A stretch of 64,000 nt of DNA from Acutalibacteraceae bacterium (GTDB lineage Bacteria > Bacillota > Clostridia > Oscillospirales > Acutalibacteraceae). The notes beneath the pieces were generated by a model, which was given only the letters and a program-made list of their open reading frames with translations, did not search any database and was not told the origin of the DNA. The DNA lies in contig JAZUPW010000013.1 of assembly GCA_045605385.1 (NCBI GenBank), positions 607-64,606 of the forward strand. Reading direction: 5' to 3'. This document shows positions 17,793-26,172 of the stretch, piece by piece. The first letter of the stretch is position 1. The number at the start of each line of letters is the position of its first letter. The translations under genes and the position numbers were made by a program.

Positions 17793-19187
17793 ATGAGTAA
17801 TTATGTTGTAAACAGTAAAACTTGTATTCATATGCCCAAAAAAGCAGATAACGATGGTGTAAGGTCTATTCTTGAACATTACACAGTCGGTATTAATTGG
17901 GAATACGTTTACGATCTTAACGATAATACTATTACAATTGGAAATACAGCTAAGGTAGATTTCAGCGGTTTTGATTACGCAATTAATATAGATGAAGAAG
18001 GCGTTTATATTGCATCGGAAACCTATGCAGGTGTTATGCGCGGTTTTGTTACAATGCTTGAAAGAATATCTTGCGTGGGTTTTGAACAATATGAAATTGA
18101 TGAGGGCTGTATTACCGATAAACCCGTTATAGATTTCCGCTGTATTCATTTTTGTGCTTTGCCTGAAATTACCTATGATTTTCTTAAAAAATGTATTCGT
18201 ACCGCAATTATTTCAAAGTACACTCATATTATAGTAGAGTTCTGGGGAATGCTTAAAATGGACGCATTTGAACTTCTTGGTTGGCCATTTGCCTTTACCA
18301 AAGAAGAAATAAAACCCTTGTTTGAAGAAATTCGTGCTTTCGGTATTGAAATAATACCTTTCTTCCAACATTGGGGACACGCTTCGCTTTCCCGCGGCGG
18401 CTCAAGCGGTAAACACGTTGTACTTGATCAGGATATCAGATACGCTTACCTTTACGGCAAAGGTACATACGGTTGGGCGTGGGATTATAAGAAGCAGGAA
18501 GTAAAAGATCTTTTGCGCAAAGTTAGAAACGAACTTATTGAACTTTGCGGCGAAGGAAAATATTTCCATATTGGCTGTGATGAAGCAATCAGCCTTAAAA
18601 CCTGTGAAGAAGCAATGGAAGTTGTTAACCATATAAACGGTGTTGTTGCCGAACTTAAAAAGCAGGGAAGAACTGCTTTAATGTGGGGCGATATGCTTCT
18701 TAATGCTTCATTCTTGCCGGGCGCCCAAGTGCATCCAACCTGGGGCAGAATTTGCTACGACTGCAATTCAACCGCCGAAGTTGCTAACGTATTTTTAGAT
18801 AATTTAGATAAAGATAATATTATTATTGCCGATTGGGAATACGACGTTACCGAACAAAATTGGGTGTCTTCTAAGTTCTTTAAAGACAAAGGCTTCCGTG
18901 TTATTTGCTGTCCTTTCAGTAATTCTAAAAATATGAAATATTCAATAGATACCGTTAAAGAAAACGGACTTATGGGTGTTATGAAAACCACTTGGCATAC
19001 ACTTGCCGATAATGAAGTAACTAAGGTTGTTCACTATGGATTCAGCGCTTATAACGGATCTCACGATACCTCTTACCATGTGCATAGCAAAATGACCGAC
19101 CGCACCGCCGAAATTTTAAGAAAAGTATATGACGGCAAAAAAGAATACCATGATTTCGGCTGGAAAAGAGAACAGATAATTACTTAA
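17793..19187 (+). CDS. glycoside hydrolase family 20-like protein (putative beta-N-acetylhexosaminidase), cytoplasmic
   Basis: HIGCDEA matches the GH20 H-x-G-x-D-E catalytic motif, and the upstream sequence has a TIM-barrel-like pattern. There is no signal peptide. I place the start at ATG 17793, after aaaaaggag. Confidence 0.55.
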   Translation: MSNYVVNSKTCIHMPKKADNDGVRSILEHYTVGINWEYVYDLNDNTITIGNTAKVDFSGFDYAINIDEEGVYIASETYAGVMRGFVTMLERISCVGFEQYEIDEGCITDKPVIDFRCIHFCALPEITYDFLKKCIRTAIISKYTHIIVEFWGMLKMDAFELLGWPFAFTKEEIKPLFEEIRAFGIEIIPFFQHWGHASLSRGGSSGKHVVLDQDIRYAYLYGKGTYGWAWDYKKQEVKDLLRKVRNELIELCGEGKYFHIGCDEAISLKTCEEAMEVVNHINGVVAELKKQGRTALMWGDMLLNASFLPGAQVHPTWGRICYDCNSTAEVANVFLDNLDKDNIIIADWEYDVTEQNWVSSKFFKDKGFRVICCPFSNSKNMKYSIDTVKENGLMGVMKTTWHTLADNEVTKVVHYGFSAYNGSHDTSYHVHSKMTDRTAEILRKVYDGKKEYHDFGWKREQIIT

Positions 19188-19236
19188 ATATGCAAAAAGC
19201 AAGAATTAAAAAGATATTAATTCTTGCTTTTTTATT

Positions 19237-20055
19237 TTACAATTTTTTGAATTCCCGCGCGGTGCAACCGTTTATTTTTTTAAACTGTTTGCAGAAATAT
19301 GCCTGTTCATTATATCCGCAAGCGTGGGCAATTTCGGTTAAAGTCATATTTGTGTTTTTTATTAAATTTGTTGCATGTTTTATTCTTATTATATTAATGT
19401 AATCCGTAAGGTTAATTCCTGTGCTCATTTTGAAATGCCTTGAAAAGTATGTCGGATTCATATGAACGTATTCTGCAATTTCTGATAAAGATATTTTTTT
19501 GTTATAGTTGGCATAAATATATTTAATGGCTTTATTTATTTCATTGCTTTGCGATTTTGATAGATCAAAATTATATCCTTGTTCTGTAAAAATAAATCTG
19601 TAAATATATACTAAAAGTTCGTAAACAAGGTTTTTGGTTAATTGCTTTGAAAAGGGGGTTTTGTCTTTGTATTCTTTGCGTATTTTAGAAAAAATTGAAC
19701 TCACATAATTTTTTTGCTTTATAGGTAGGCTTATATGATTATACTTAAAGCATTCTTTGAACTTTTCTGCACCAAGGCCTAAAGATTGTAATGTTTTATC
19801 GTTCATATATATTTTCATATTGTTGCCAAAAGGTTCGTCTAACCGTTTTGTCATGTGCAACTCATTTTTCTTTATCAGAATTATATCTCCCGCATCAACG
19901 TCAAATAAGTTGCAATTTATAAGATAACGCCGTTTTCCCGAAAAAAGATAATACATTTCGTAGCAATCGTGATAGTGAAAATCAAACATACCTTTTTTTG
20001 TTTCATCGTATTCAGTTTCTGAAATATAAAAATAATGCTCAGACACACTTTTCAC
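19237..20055 (-). CDS. AraC-family transcriptional regulator (cupin sensor + HTH)
   Basis: N-terminal cupin-like region (FDFHYHDCYEMYYLFSGK) and C-terminal AraC double HTH (LSEIAEYVHMNPTYFSRHFK ... ACGYNEQAYFCKQFKK). Confidence 0.9.
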   Translation of the reverse strand: MKSVSEHYFYISETEYDETKKGMFDFHYHDCYEMYYLFSGKRRYLINCNLFDVDAGDIILIKKNELHMTKRLDEPFGNNMKIYMNDKTLQSLGLGAEKFKECFKYNHISLPIKQKNYVSSIFSKIRKEYKDKTPFSKQLTKNLVYELLVYIYRFIFTEQGYNFDLSKSQSNEINKAIKYIYANYNKKISLSEIAEYVHMNPTYFSRHFKMSTGINLTDYINIIRIKHATNLIKNTNMTLTEIAHACGYNEQAYFCKQFKKINGCTAREFKKL

Positions 20056-20237
20056 CCACTTTAAAACTTTTATACTTATTTTTGTTTATATTATAATAAT
20101 TTCGATGTTTTGTCAAATGTTAAGTAAAAATAGTATAAATTTGGCAAAAATATTACAAACTAAGTAAAAATTAAAGTAGAAAAATAAGAAGAAGTGTTTT
20201 ATAATGTAGTTATAAAACTATTTAAGGGGATTGTATT

Positions 20238-21272
20238 ATGAAAAAGTTTTTGTGTTTAATACTTGCTGTGTTAATGTTTTTATTATGCGGTTGCACTAAA
20301 GAAGAAAAAACTAACAACACTAATAATGATAATTCCGTAAGCACTCCCGTTATGGACGATATACAGCTTGAATATAAAGAACTACTACCCGAAAACTGGC
20401 AAAGGGAAGTGGATTATATAAATATTGTTAAAAAGGGTAAGTTTGCGTTTGCTGTTCAAACCGATACCCATTTTGAAGGAACCGACCCTGATGTGGGTAC
20501 AAATCTTAATAATCTTTCAAACACAATTGACCTTGAATTTTACGCTCATTTGGGCGATATTATACGCGGTTATTCCGATGCAAGTATAGACAGCCCCGAT
20601 AATATGCGAAACAGTATGGATGAAATAGTAAGACGTTATACCGAAGAGGCAGGCTGTGCCGTTATGATGACGGTTGGCAATCACGATGCAAACAGTATGT
20701 GGTATAACGAATATAAAGACCCTATTGGAATTATTACCGAAAAAGAACACTATAGCCGTATTATTAAGCCTTTAAAAGAGCATAACGGTGAAAAAATGGT
20801 AAATAACGTGGAAAGCGTTTATCACTATATAGATTTCCCACAGCATAAAATAAGGGCAATTATGCTTAACACTGCAGACAGTAAGTTTTCTTACGGCGAA
20901 ACTTCCACCTTTAATATCAGCCAGGAACAAATTAATTGGTTCAAAGAAGAAGCGCTTAATACCGATTATTCGGTACTTGTTATGATGCATACACCGCTTA
21001 TTGATACTTTTCCTAAAAACAATAAAGTAAATAACGGCGAAAAAATATTAAATGCTGTTGAAGATTTTATAGGCGCAGGCGGTGACTTTATAGCCTATTT
21101 CTGCGGTCATATTCACACACAGGAAACAGTCACCGACGAAAACGGCAGAGTACATATGTCATTCAGAATGGGCGGTGCTCACGCAGAAGTTGTTATGATA
21201 GATACCGAAAAACGTGAAATTAATACGGTAGGACTTGGCGATGTTAAAATGCGCAGTAAAATAGCATATTAA
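20238..21272 (+). CDS. metallophosphoesterase lipoprotein
   Basis: Lipobox LMFLLCGC. Metallophosphoesterase motifs are QTDTHF, LGDIIRG, VGNHD, MMHTP and CGHIHTQ. Confidence 0.8.
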   Translation: MKKFLCLILAVLMFLLCGCTKEEKTNNTNNDNSVSTPVMDDIQLEYKELLPENWQREVDYINIVKKGKFAFAVQTDTHFEGTDPDVGTNLNNLSNTIDLEFYAHLGDIIRGYSDASIDSPDNMRNSMDEIVRRYTEEAGCAVMMTVGNHDANSMWYNEYKDPIGIITEKEHYSRIIKPLKEHNGEKMVNNVESVYHYIDFPQHKIRAIMLNTADSKFSYGETSTFNISQEQINWFKEEALNTDYSVLVMMHTPLIDTFPKNNKVNNGEKILNAVEDFIGAGGDFIAYFCGHIHTQETVTDENGRVHMSFRMGGAHAEVVMIDTEKREINTVGLGDVKMRSKIAY

Positions 21273-21275
21273 TTT

Positions 21276-22202
21276 GTGGTGAGCATTGTGAAAAAAGATT
21301 TAATTGAAAAACTGCCTGATAATTGGCGTGAAGCAGCATTAAAACTAACAAATGAACCGCCAAAAGGCTTTGTGTTTGCAGTTCAAAGCGATTCTCATTT
21401 TGCAGGGAATAACGATGAAATCGGCAATAATATAAACACACTTTCAAAAATAATTGATTTAGAGTTTTACGCTCATTTGGGCGATATTATACGTGGTTTT
21501 GAAGACCCTGTTTTAGATGCGCCTGAAAATATGCGTGAGTGTATGGATGAAATGGTGCGCCGATATTTAAATAATGCTGTTTGTCCCGTTCTTATGATAA
21601 TAGGTAATCACGATACCAACGTTATGTGGTACGATAAATTCGGTGACGAAAAAGGCTTTATTACCGAAGTAGAACATTATGACCGTGTTATGAAACCGCT
21701 TAAAGAGTATAACGGCGAAAAAATGGTTATAAAAAACAGAGATACCTATTATTATATGGATTTTCCAAAACATAACGTAAGAGTTATAATGGTTAATACA
21801 ATTAATCAGGATTTTTCAAAGGGTAATTATAAGGGCGGATTTGTTGTAAGCGAAGAACAAATAAAGTGGTTTCGTGAAGAAGCGCTTAATACAAATAATT
21901 CGGTAATAGTTATGTCGCACACGCCGCTTTCAACCGTGTTTGCTAAAAGTAACTGTTCTAAAAACAGCGAGGTTATACGTGAAGAAGTAGAAAAGTTTAT
22001 AAATAAGGGCGGTAATTTTATTGCCTACTTCTGCGGTCACGTTCATGAACAGTTTGCCGAACACGATGAAAACGGCAGACTGCATATTTCTGCGCGGCTT
22101 GGTTGCGCAAGTTGTGAGGTGGTAAGCATAGATATGCAAAACCGCGAAATTAATACTACCGCTTTCGGCTATGCACTACCGCGTGAAGTAATTAAATATT
22201 AA
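21276..22202 (+). CDS. metallophosphoesterase, tandem paralog without signal peptide
   Basis: About 60% identical to the upstream gene over the catalytic core (IDLEFYAHLGDIIRG, IGNHD, SHTP, CGHVHEQ). It starts 4 nt after the upstream stop. An alternative GTG start at 21288 has a better SD (ggtgag). Confidence 0.75.
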   Translation: MVSIVKKDLIEKLPDNWREAALKLTNEPPKGFVFAVQSDSHFAGNNDEIGNNINTLSKIIDLEFYAHLGDIIRGFEDPVLDAPENMRECMDEMVRRYLNNAVCPVLMIIGNHDTNVMWYDKFGDEKGFITEVEHYDRVMKPLKEYNGEKMVIKNRDTYYYMDFPKHNVRVIMVNTINQDFSKGNYKGGFVVSEEQIKWFREEALNTNNSVIVMSHTPLSTVFAKSNCSKNSEVIREEVEKFINKGGNFIAYFCGHVHEQFAEHDENGRLHISARLGCASCEVVSIDMQNREINTTAFGYALPREVIKY

Positions 22203-22250
22203 AACAAGAAAACTGTATTTGTTAATCAAATACAGCTTTCTTTTTGTCAC

Positions 22251-23483
22251 TTATATTCCAAGAAGTTCACAGCAGTACATATAAATACCTGCTGTCCAAC
22301 CCATCATTTCCTTTGTGGCATATTCTTTATTAACCGAAACGCTGCCCTTTACAGCATCGTACTTTTCCCATAAAAATCCGCTTGCTTCAAAGTTCATATC
22401 AACGGTATCAATATATTTTTTAGCAATTCTTTTGGCATCTTCTTCATATCCGTAGTTAAGAAGTCCTTTTATTACCATATATTGAAGCGGCGGCCATACG
22501 TTTGGGAAATCCCATTGGAACAAAGAAAGGTTTTCTTTGTTTTCACAAGCGGCAACACCGAACTCAAATTCTAATAAATTCAGTTTCTTTGCGGTGCTTT
22601 CCGCTTGTTCCTTTGTAGCAAGATTAAAGAAAAGCGGATAAAATGAAGCGGCAGAGAATAAATCTACCTTTTCTTGTCTTTCAAAGTTATAATCAAAAAA
22701 CGCGCCTTTTTCCTGATTCCACATTAATTTATTTATAAGTTCTTTTCTTCTTTCGGCAAGGCTTAACCACTTTTCTTCTTCGCCAATGCCTAGTTCTTTT
22801 GAAAAGTATGCTAAGTTCGTTTCAGCGCCGTAAAGCAAAGAGTTTAAATCAATGGGGTTAATGTTTTGTCCCTCATCATTAAAACGGGAAGAACAGTCCC
22901 AACCCGATTCAGCAAGACTTCTGAAGGCATCGGCATATTTTTGAAGTTCGTTTGTATCTTCGGGCGGCTTTTTATCCCAACGCGCACAAAAGTGAACGGC
23001 GTAATGTTCGCTTCTTTTGGTTCCAAAATAGCGGTTAAGGGCGGTTTGTGTCATTCTTTCACTTTGCCAGAAATGAAGTTCGGTTTTAAGAGCAGAATAC
23101 ATTTTTTTAAGCCAGTGTTTATCACCCGTTTTTTCGTAAATGTCGCGGACCAACTGCGAAAAAAACGGCGGTTGTGAGTTAGTAAGATAATAGGTACGGT
23201 TGCCGTTGGGCATAAAACCGTAACGCTCAATTAAAAACGCCATATTGTCAGCGTTGTTTATAGCCTGTTCTGTTTTACCCGATAACAAAAGACCAACGTT
23301 TAAAAAATATGTATCCCAATAATACATTTCCATAAAACCGCTTACACTTTCGGTTTCCTTAAAACTACTCGGTACGCTGTATGGGTAGGGAAGCGGAATA
23401 AGAGTGTTATCAAACGAAACGGAAGTACAAGTATGTGTAGTCCTGTCCCAAGAATTAAGTATATATTCTTTAGCTTTGCTCAT
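22251..23483 (-). CDS. GH37 trehalase-family glycosidase (cytoplasmic)
   Basis: Trehalase signatures are present: MEMYYWDTYF (signature 1-like) and QWDFPNVWPPLQ (signature 2, QWD.P..W.P). I place the start at MSKAKEY (ATG 23483), after aagga. Confidence 0.75.
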   Translation of the reverse strand: MSKAKEYILNSWDRTTHTCTSVSFDNTLIPLPYPYSVPSSFKETESVSGFMEMYYWDTYFLNVGLLLSGKTEQAINNADNMAFLIERYGFMPNGNRTYYLTNSQPPFFSQLVRDIYEKTGDKHWLKKMYSALKTELHFWQSERMTQTALNRYFGTKRSEHYAVHFCARWDKKPPEDTNELQKYADAFRSLAESGWDCSSRFNDEGQNINPIDLNSLLYGAETNLAYFSKELGIGEEEKWLSLAERRKELINKLMWNQEKGAFFDYNFERQEKVDLFSAASFYPLFFNLATKEQAESTAKKLNLLEFEFGVAACENKENLSLFQWDFPNVWPPLQYMVIKGLLNYGYEEDAKRIAKKYIDTVDMNFEASGFLWEKYDAVKGSVSVNKEYATKEMMGWTAGIYMYCCELLGI

Positions 23484-23497
23484 AAAAAACATCCTTA
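23263..23497 (-). repeat. direct repeat copy A (5' end plus RBS region of the trehalase gene)
   Basis: Aligns with 25256-25490 at a constant offset of 1993 bp. The core 23281-23399 is 119/119 identical to 25274-25392. The promoter-proximal ~100 bp is roughly 80% identical. Confidence 0.9.
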
Positions 23498-23510
23498 ATT
23501 ATTCTTTTAT

Positions 23511-24038
23511 TTAGAATAGCACTAATTTAAAATTTGTAAATTCGGTTGGCGAATATTCTTTTGTTTTTACAGCGTCAATCAGTAATTTATCGGGGTAATC
23601 ATCGAATAATATGCACCATTCATATTCGTTAGATACAATTCCGCTTGTAGCATAAAGACTTGTTTTATTGGTAATGATCCCAACATCGCTGCTGTAATCG
23701 CCAAATCCTTTCTCGTATAAATAATAGTCACCGTAATAATGATATTTGTTATCCTCAATGTTCATAGGTGCAACTAATAAATGTCCGCTTTTGGTTGTAG
23801 CTAAAAATAAGCAGTTATTATCATCTATAACCACGGTATCTACTTTATTTAAGATTTCAATTCTTTCTTCTTGCGCGGAAGGAAAGTAATCTGCTTTAAA
23901 TGCTTTTATGGGAGTTTTGTAATATCTTCCGCCAATGTGAAACAGACCCCCGTAATTTACAGAAAAACTGCCTGTAATAAAACCCAACATCAAAACTGTA
24001 GCAATAATAATTATAAGAAATAAGGTTTTTTTGCGCAT
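23511..24038 (-). CDS. hypothetical membrane-anchored protein
   Basis: N-terminal TM anchor (MRKKTLFLIIIIATVLMLGFITG) followed by an extracytoplasmic Tyr/Asp-rich domain with no motif I recognise. SD aagga lies 8 nt before ATG 24038. Confidence 0.55.
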   Translation of the reverse strand: MRKKTLFLIIIIATVLMLGFITGSFSVNYGGLFHIGGRYYKTPIKAFKADYFPSAQEERIEILNKVDTVVIDDNNCLFLATTKSGHLLVAPMNIEDNKYHYYGDYYLYEKGFGDYSSDVGIITNKTSLYATSGIVSNEYEWCILFDDYPDKLLIDAVKTKEYSPTEFTNFKLVLF

Positions 24039-24127
24039 AGTTATCATCCTTAAAATAAAAATGGTTTCCGTTAATAATTATATATCAATTCACAACTATA
24101 GTCAATAAAAAGGCTCCCTCGGATTGA

Positions 24128-24152
24128 GGGAGCGGGATTTTTGCTTAGCAAA
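24128..24152 (-). terminator. hairpin terminator after the 24175 gene
   Basis: Minus-strand hairpin with stem gctccctc and loop aatcc. The plus strand reads ggctccctcggattgagggagc. On the minus strand the hairpin is followed by cttttta. Confidence 0.55.
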
Positions 24153-24174
24153 AAGACTGAGGTGGAGAGTAAAA

Positions 24175-24975
24175 CTATACTTTCTTTTTCTTTAAAGCAA
24201 TTATTAAAACTGTGGTAAACGAGATTAAAACAACAGGAATTATTAAATATAGATATTTAGAATTTAATAAAGTATTTATCCACGAATTTTTACCAATTTC
24301 TCCGCCCATTGATCTTTCTCCGGTTTTTTCGTAATATTCGGCATATTTATCAAACTCGTCTTCTTTTTCTTCAAGGTAGGGAAGAAATTCTTCCAATGAA
24401 TATAAGCGTTTATTTTCTAATTCGGTAAAATCGGGCGCGGAAAACACCATGAAATACTCTTGCTCTTTTAACTTTATATAGCAAAGGTGGTTTAATTTGT
24501 AATTTGGCGCATATATGCATTTTACAGTTAAGTTTTGGTCAGACATATTTGTACCTAATTTGGTTACAGCAGTTTCTATTTCTTTAAAGCTGAAACTGTA
24601 ATCATAAGGGTCAATGTCTATCGCACCTTTGAACCATTTATAGTTGCCGTCGCTTAACTTTGTATATTCTATAGTATTATTTGTAGTGGCAAATGCCCAA
24701 GCGTAATCTTCAGTAATATCGTTTATAGATTTTCCTGTTGAAACAGATTCAGCAACTCTTGTGTTAAAAGTATATAACTTATATGCCCAAACAATATTTT
24801 CCTCACCGCCAATTTCGTATAAAACGGATTCCTTGGCTAACTCATATTCTTCTTTTTTAAATATGTACGGGTTATCCTGATATTCTGAATGCTCCAGAGC
24901 GAAGACAGGAAGACAAAAAGTACTTAAAATGAGAATTATTAAAATTAAAATATTTATAAGTTTTATCTTTTTCAT
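24175..24975 (-). CDS. hypothetical secreted protein with C-terminal TM anchor
   Basis: I place the start at ATG 24975 after GAGGAGG. Signal peptide is MKKIKLINILILIILILSTFCLPVFA. C-terminal helix is YLYLIIPVVLISFTTVLIIALKKKKV. No recognisable catalytic motif. Confidence 0.6.
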   Translation of the reverse strand: MKKIKLINILILIILILSTFCLPVFALEHSEYQDNPYIFKKEEYELAKESVLYEIGGEENIVWAYKLYTFNTRVAESVSTGKSINDITEDYAWAFATTNNTIEYTKLSDGNYKWFKGAIDIDPYDYSFSFKEIETAVTKLGTNMSDQNLTVKCIYAPNYKLNHLCYIKLKEQEYFMVFSAPDFTELENKRLYSLEEFLPYLEEKEDEFDKYAEYYEKTGERSMGGEIGKNSWINTLLNSKYLYLIIPVVLISFTTVLIIALKKKKV

Positions 24976-24989
24976 AAGAATATACCTCC

Positions 24990-25255
24990 TCATTCGTTTA
25001 TGTGTATGGTACTTGCGTAGACTTCTGAGGTATCGGAGCAAAATTCGTTGTAACTAACAGGAATGGTGATACCTGCCGTTGGTTCGTAAATATACAATAT
25101 GGTATCATAAGAACCATTTGATACTAGTTTTGTGTCATATCCATATACTACTAAAGCGTGCGCACCTTGAAGCTCTCCAGAAGAATAATACTCATGATTT
25201 ACGTTAAAAATACGGTTAGCATCTAATAAAGACTTCATTTGAGATAGTGTTAATT
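24990..25255 (-). pseudogene. orphan 3' fragment of a papain-fold cysteine peptidase gene (C39/C1-like)
   Basis: Encodes ...NHEYYSSGELQGAHALVVYGYD..., the catalytic-His region typical of papain-fold peptidases. There is no N-terminal Cys-containing half. Its 5' end abuts the trehalase-derived repeat at about 25256. Confidence 0.45.
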
Positions 25256-25476
25256 GCCTGTTCTGTTTTGCGTGATAACAAAAGACCAACGTTTAAAAAA
25301 TATGTATCCCAATAATACATTTCCATAAAACCGCTTACACTTTCGGTTTCCTTAAAACTACTCGGTACGCTGTATGGGTAGGGAAGCGGAATTATTGTAT
25401 CGTTAAACGAAGCCGACGTACAGCTGTGCGTAGTTCTGTCCCATGAATTTAGTATATATTCTTTTGCCTTGCTCAT
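25216..25476 (-). pseudogene. truncated 5' fragment of a second trehalase-family gene
   Basis: MSKAKEYILNSWDRTTHSCTSASFNDTIIPLPYPYSVPSSFKETESVSGFMEMYYWDTYFLNVGLLLS.KTEQAIN matches residues 1-~77 of the 22251-23483 product. It then leaves the homologous frame and stops. Confidence 0.8.
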
Positions 25477-25490
25477 AAAAATACATCCTT
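25256..25490 (-). repeat. direct repeat copy B (trehalase 5' end)
   Basis: See copy A at 23263-23497. Confidence 0.9.
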
Positions 25491-25509
25491 TTTCCTGTTC
25501 AGTCAAATG

Positions 25510-26157
25510 TTATTTTTTTATATATTCTATTTTCTCACTACTTATTAAGTAATCAATATGTTTATTTAGTGCTATTTCTTTTTCTTCTTCTGTGCCCACG
25601 AATGATGTTTTGTAATTTTCTTTGACTTTAGCAATTTTGGCATTTTTGATATATACAGATGTTAATTGTTCTATATACTTTTTTTCTGTTAAAGAGTTAT
25701 TTTCTATATACTTTTTTATAATTGCGTAAGATTCGTCGTTTTCTTTTTTTACATTCTCAAAGTTTTGTTGAGCTGTCATTTTTGCGTTTTTTTCATCAAT
25801 TATAATGTTTTGACGCTCTGCTTCATTAAGAAGCACTTGTTTTTCGATAAGTTCCTCCAATGCTTTGGCTTCGCTCTTTGGTGAAATGGATATACCCAAT
25901 TCTTTTAGTTGCTTTTCGCTGAACTGTGATTTTGCGTTTTCAATACTTATCTTGCTGGATTCAACAATTTGATCTATTTGCCACTGATATATTTTTTCGT
26001 TGCCTACAATGACTGCTACGGTTTCATCCCGTGAAGAAATGTCAAGTATATTGCTTATTTTTTCGTTTTGATTAGTAAAGAAATCAGTGCTCATTGCAGT
26101 TATTGCAAACGACATAATTAGTATTAATGCTAATATTATAAAGATTGTTTTTTTCAT
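25510..26157 (-). CDS. hypothetical secreted protein, SurA-N-terminal-like chaperone domain without PPIase domain
   Basis: Signal/anchor sequence MKKTIFIILALILIMSFAITAMS. The remainder is helical and Lys/Glu-rich, resembling the N-domain of PrsA/SurA-type foldases. The assignment is weak. Confidence 0.4.
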   Translation of the reverse strand: MKKTIFIILALILIMSFAITAMSTDFFTNQNEKISNILDISSRDETVAVIVGNEKIYQWQIDQIVESSKISIENAKSQFSEKQLKELGISISPKSEAKALEELIEKQVLLNEAERQNIIIDEKNAKMTAQQNFENVKKENDESYAIIKKYIENNSLTEKKYIEQLTSVYIKNAKIAKVKENYKTSFVGTEEEKEIALNKHIDYLISSEKIEYIKK

Positions 26158-26172
26158 AATTACCCTCCTTTT

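Noticed and set aside
24990-25289. Treating the 99-aa ORF as an intact small protein
   Set aside because: Its first ~12 codons are read out of frame from trehalase-derived repeat sequence, and the rest is only the C-terminal part of a peptidase fold. I called it a gene fragment.
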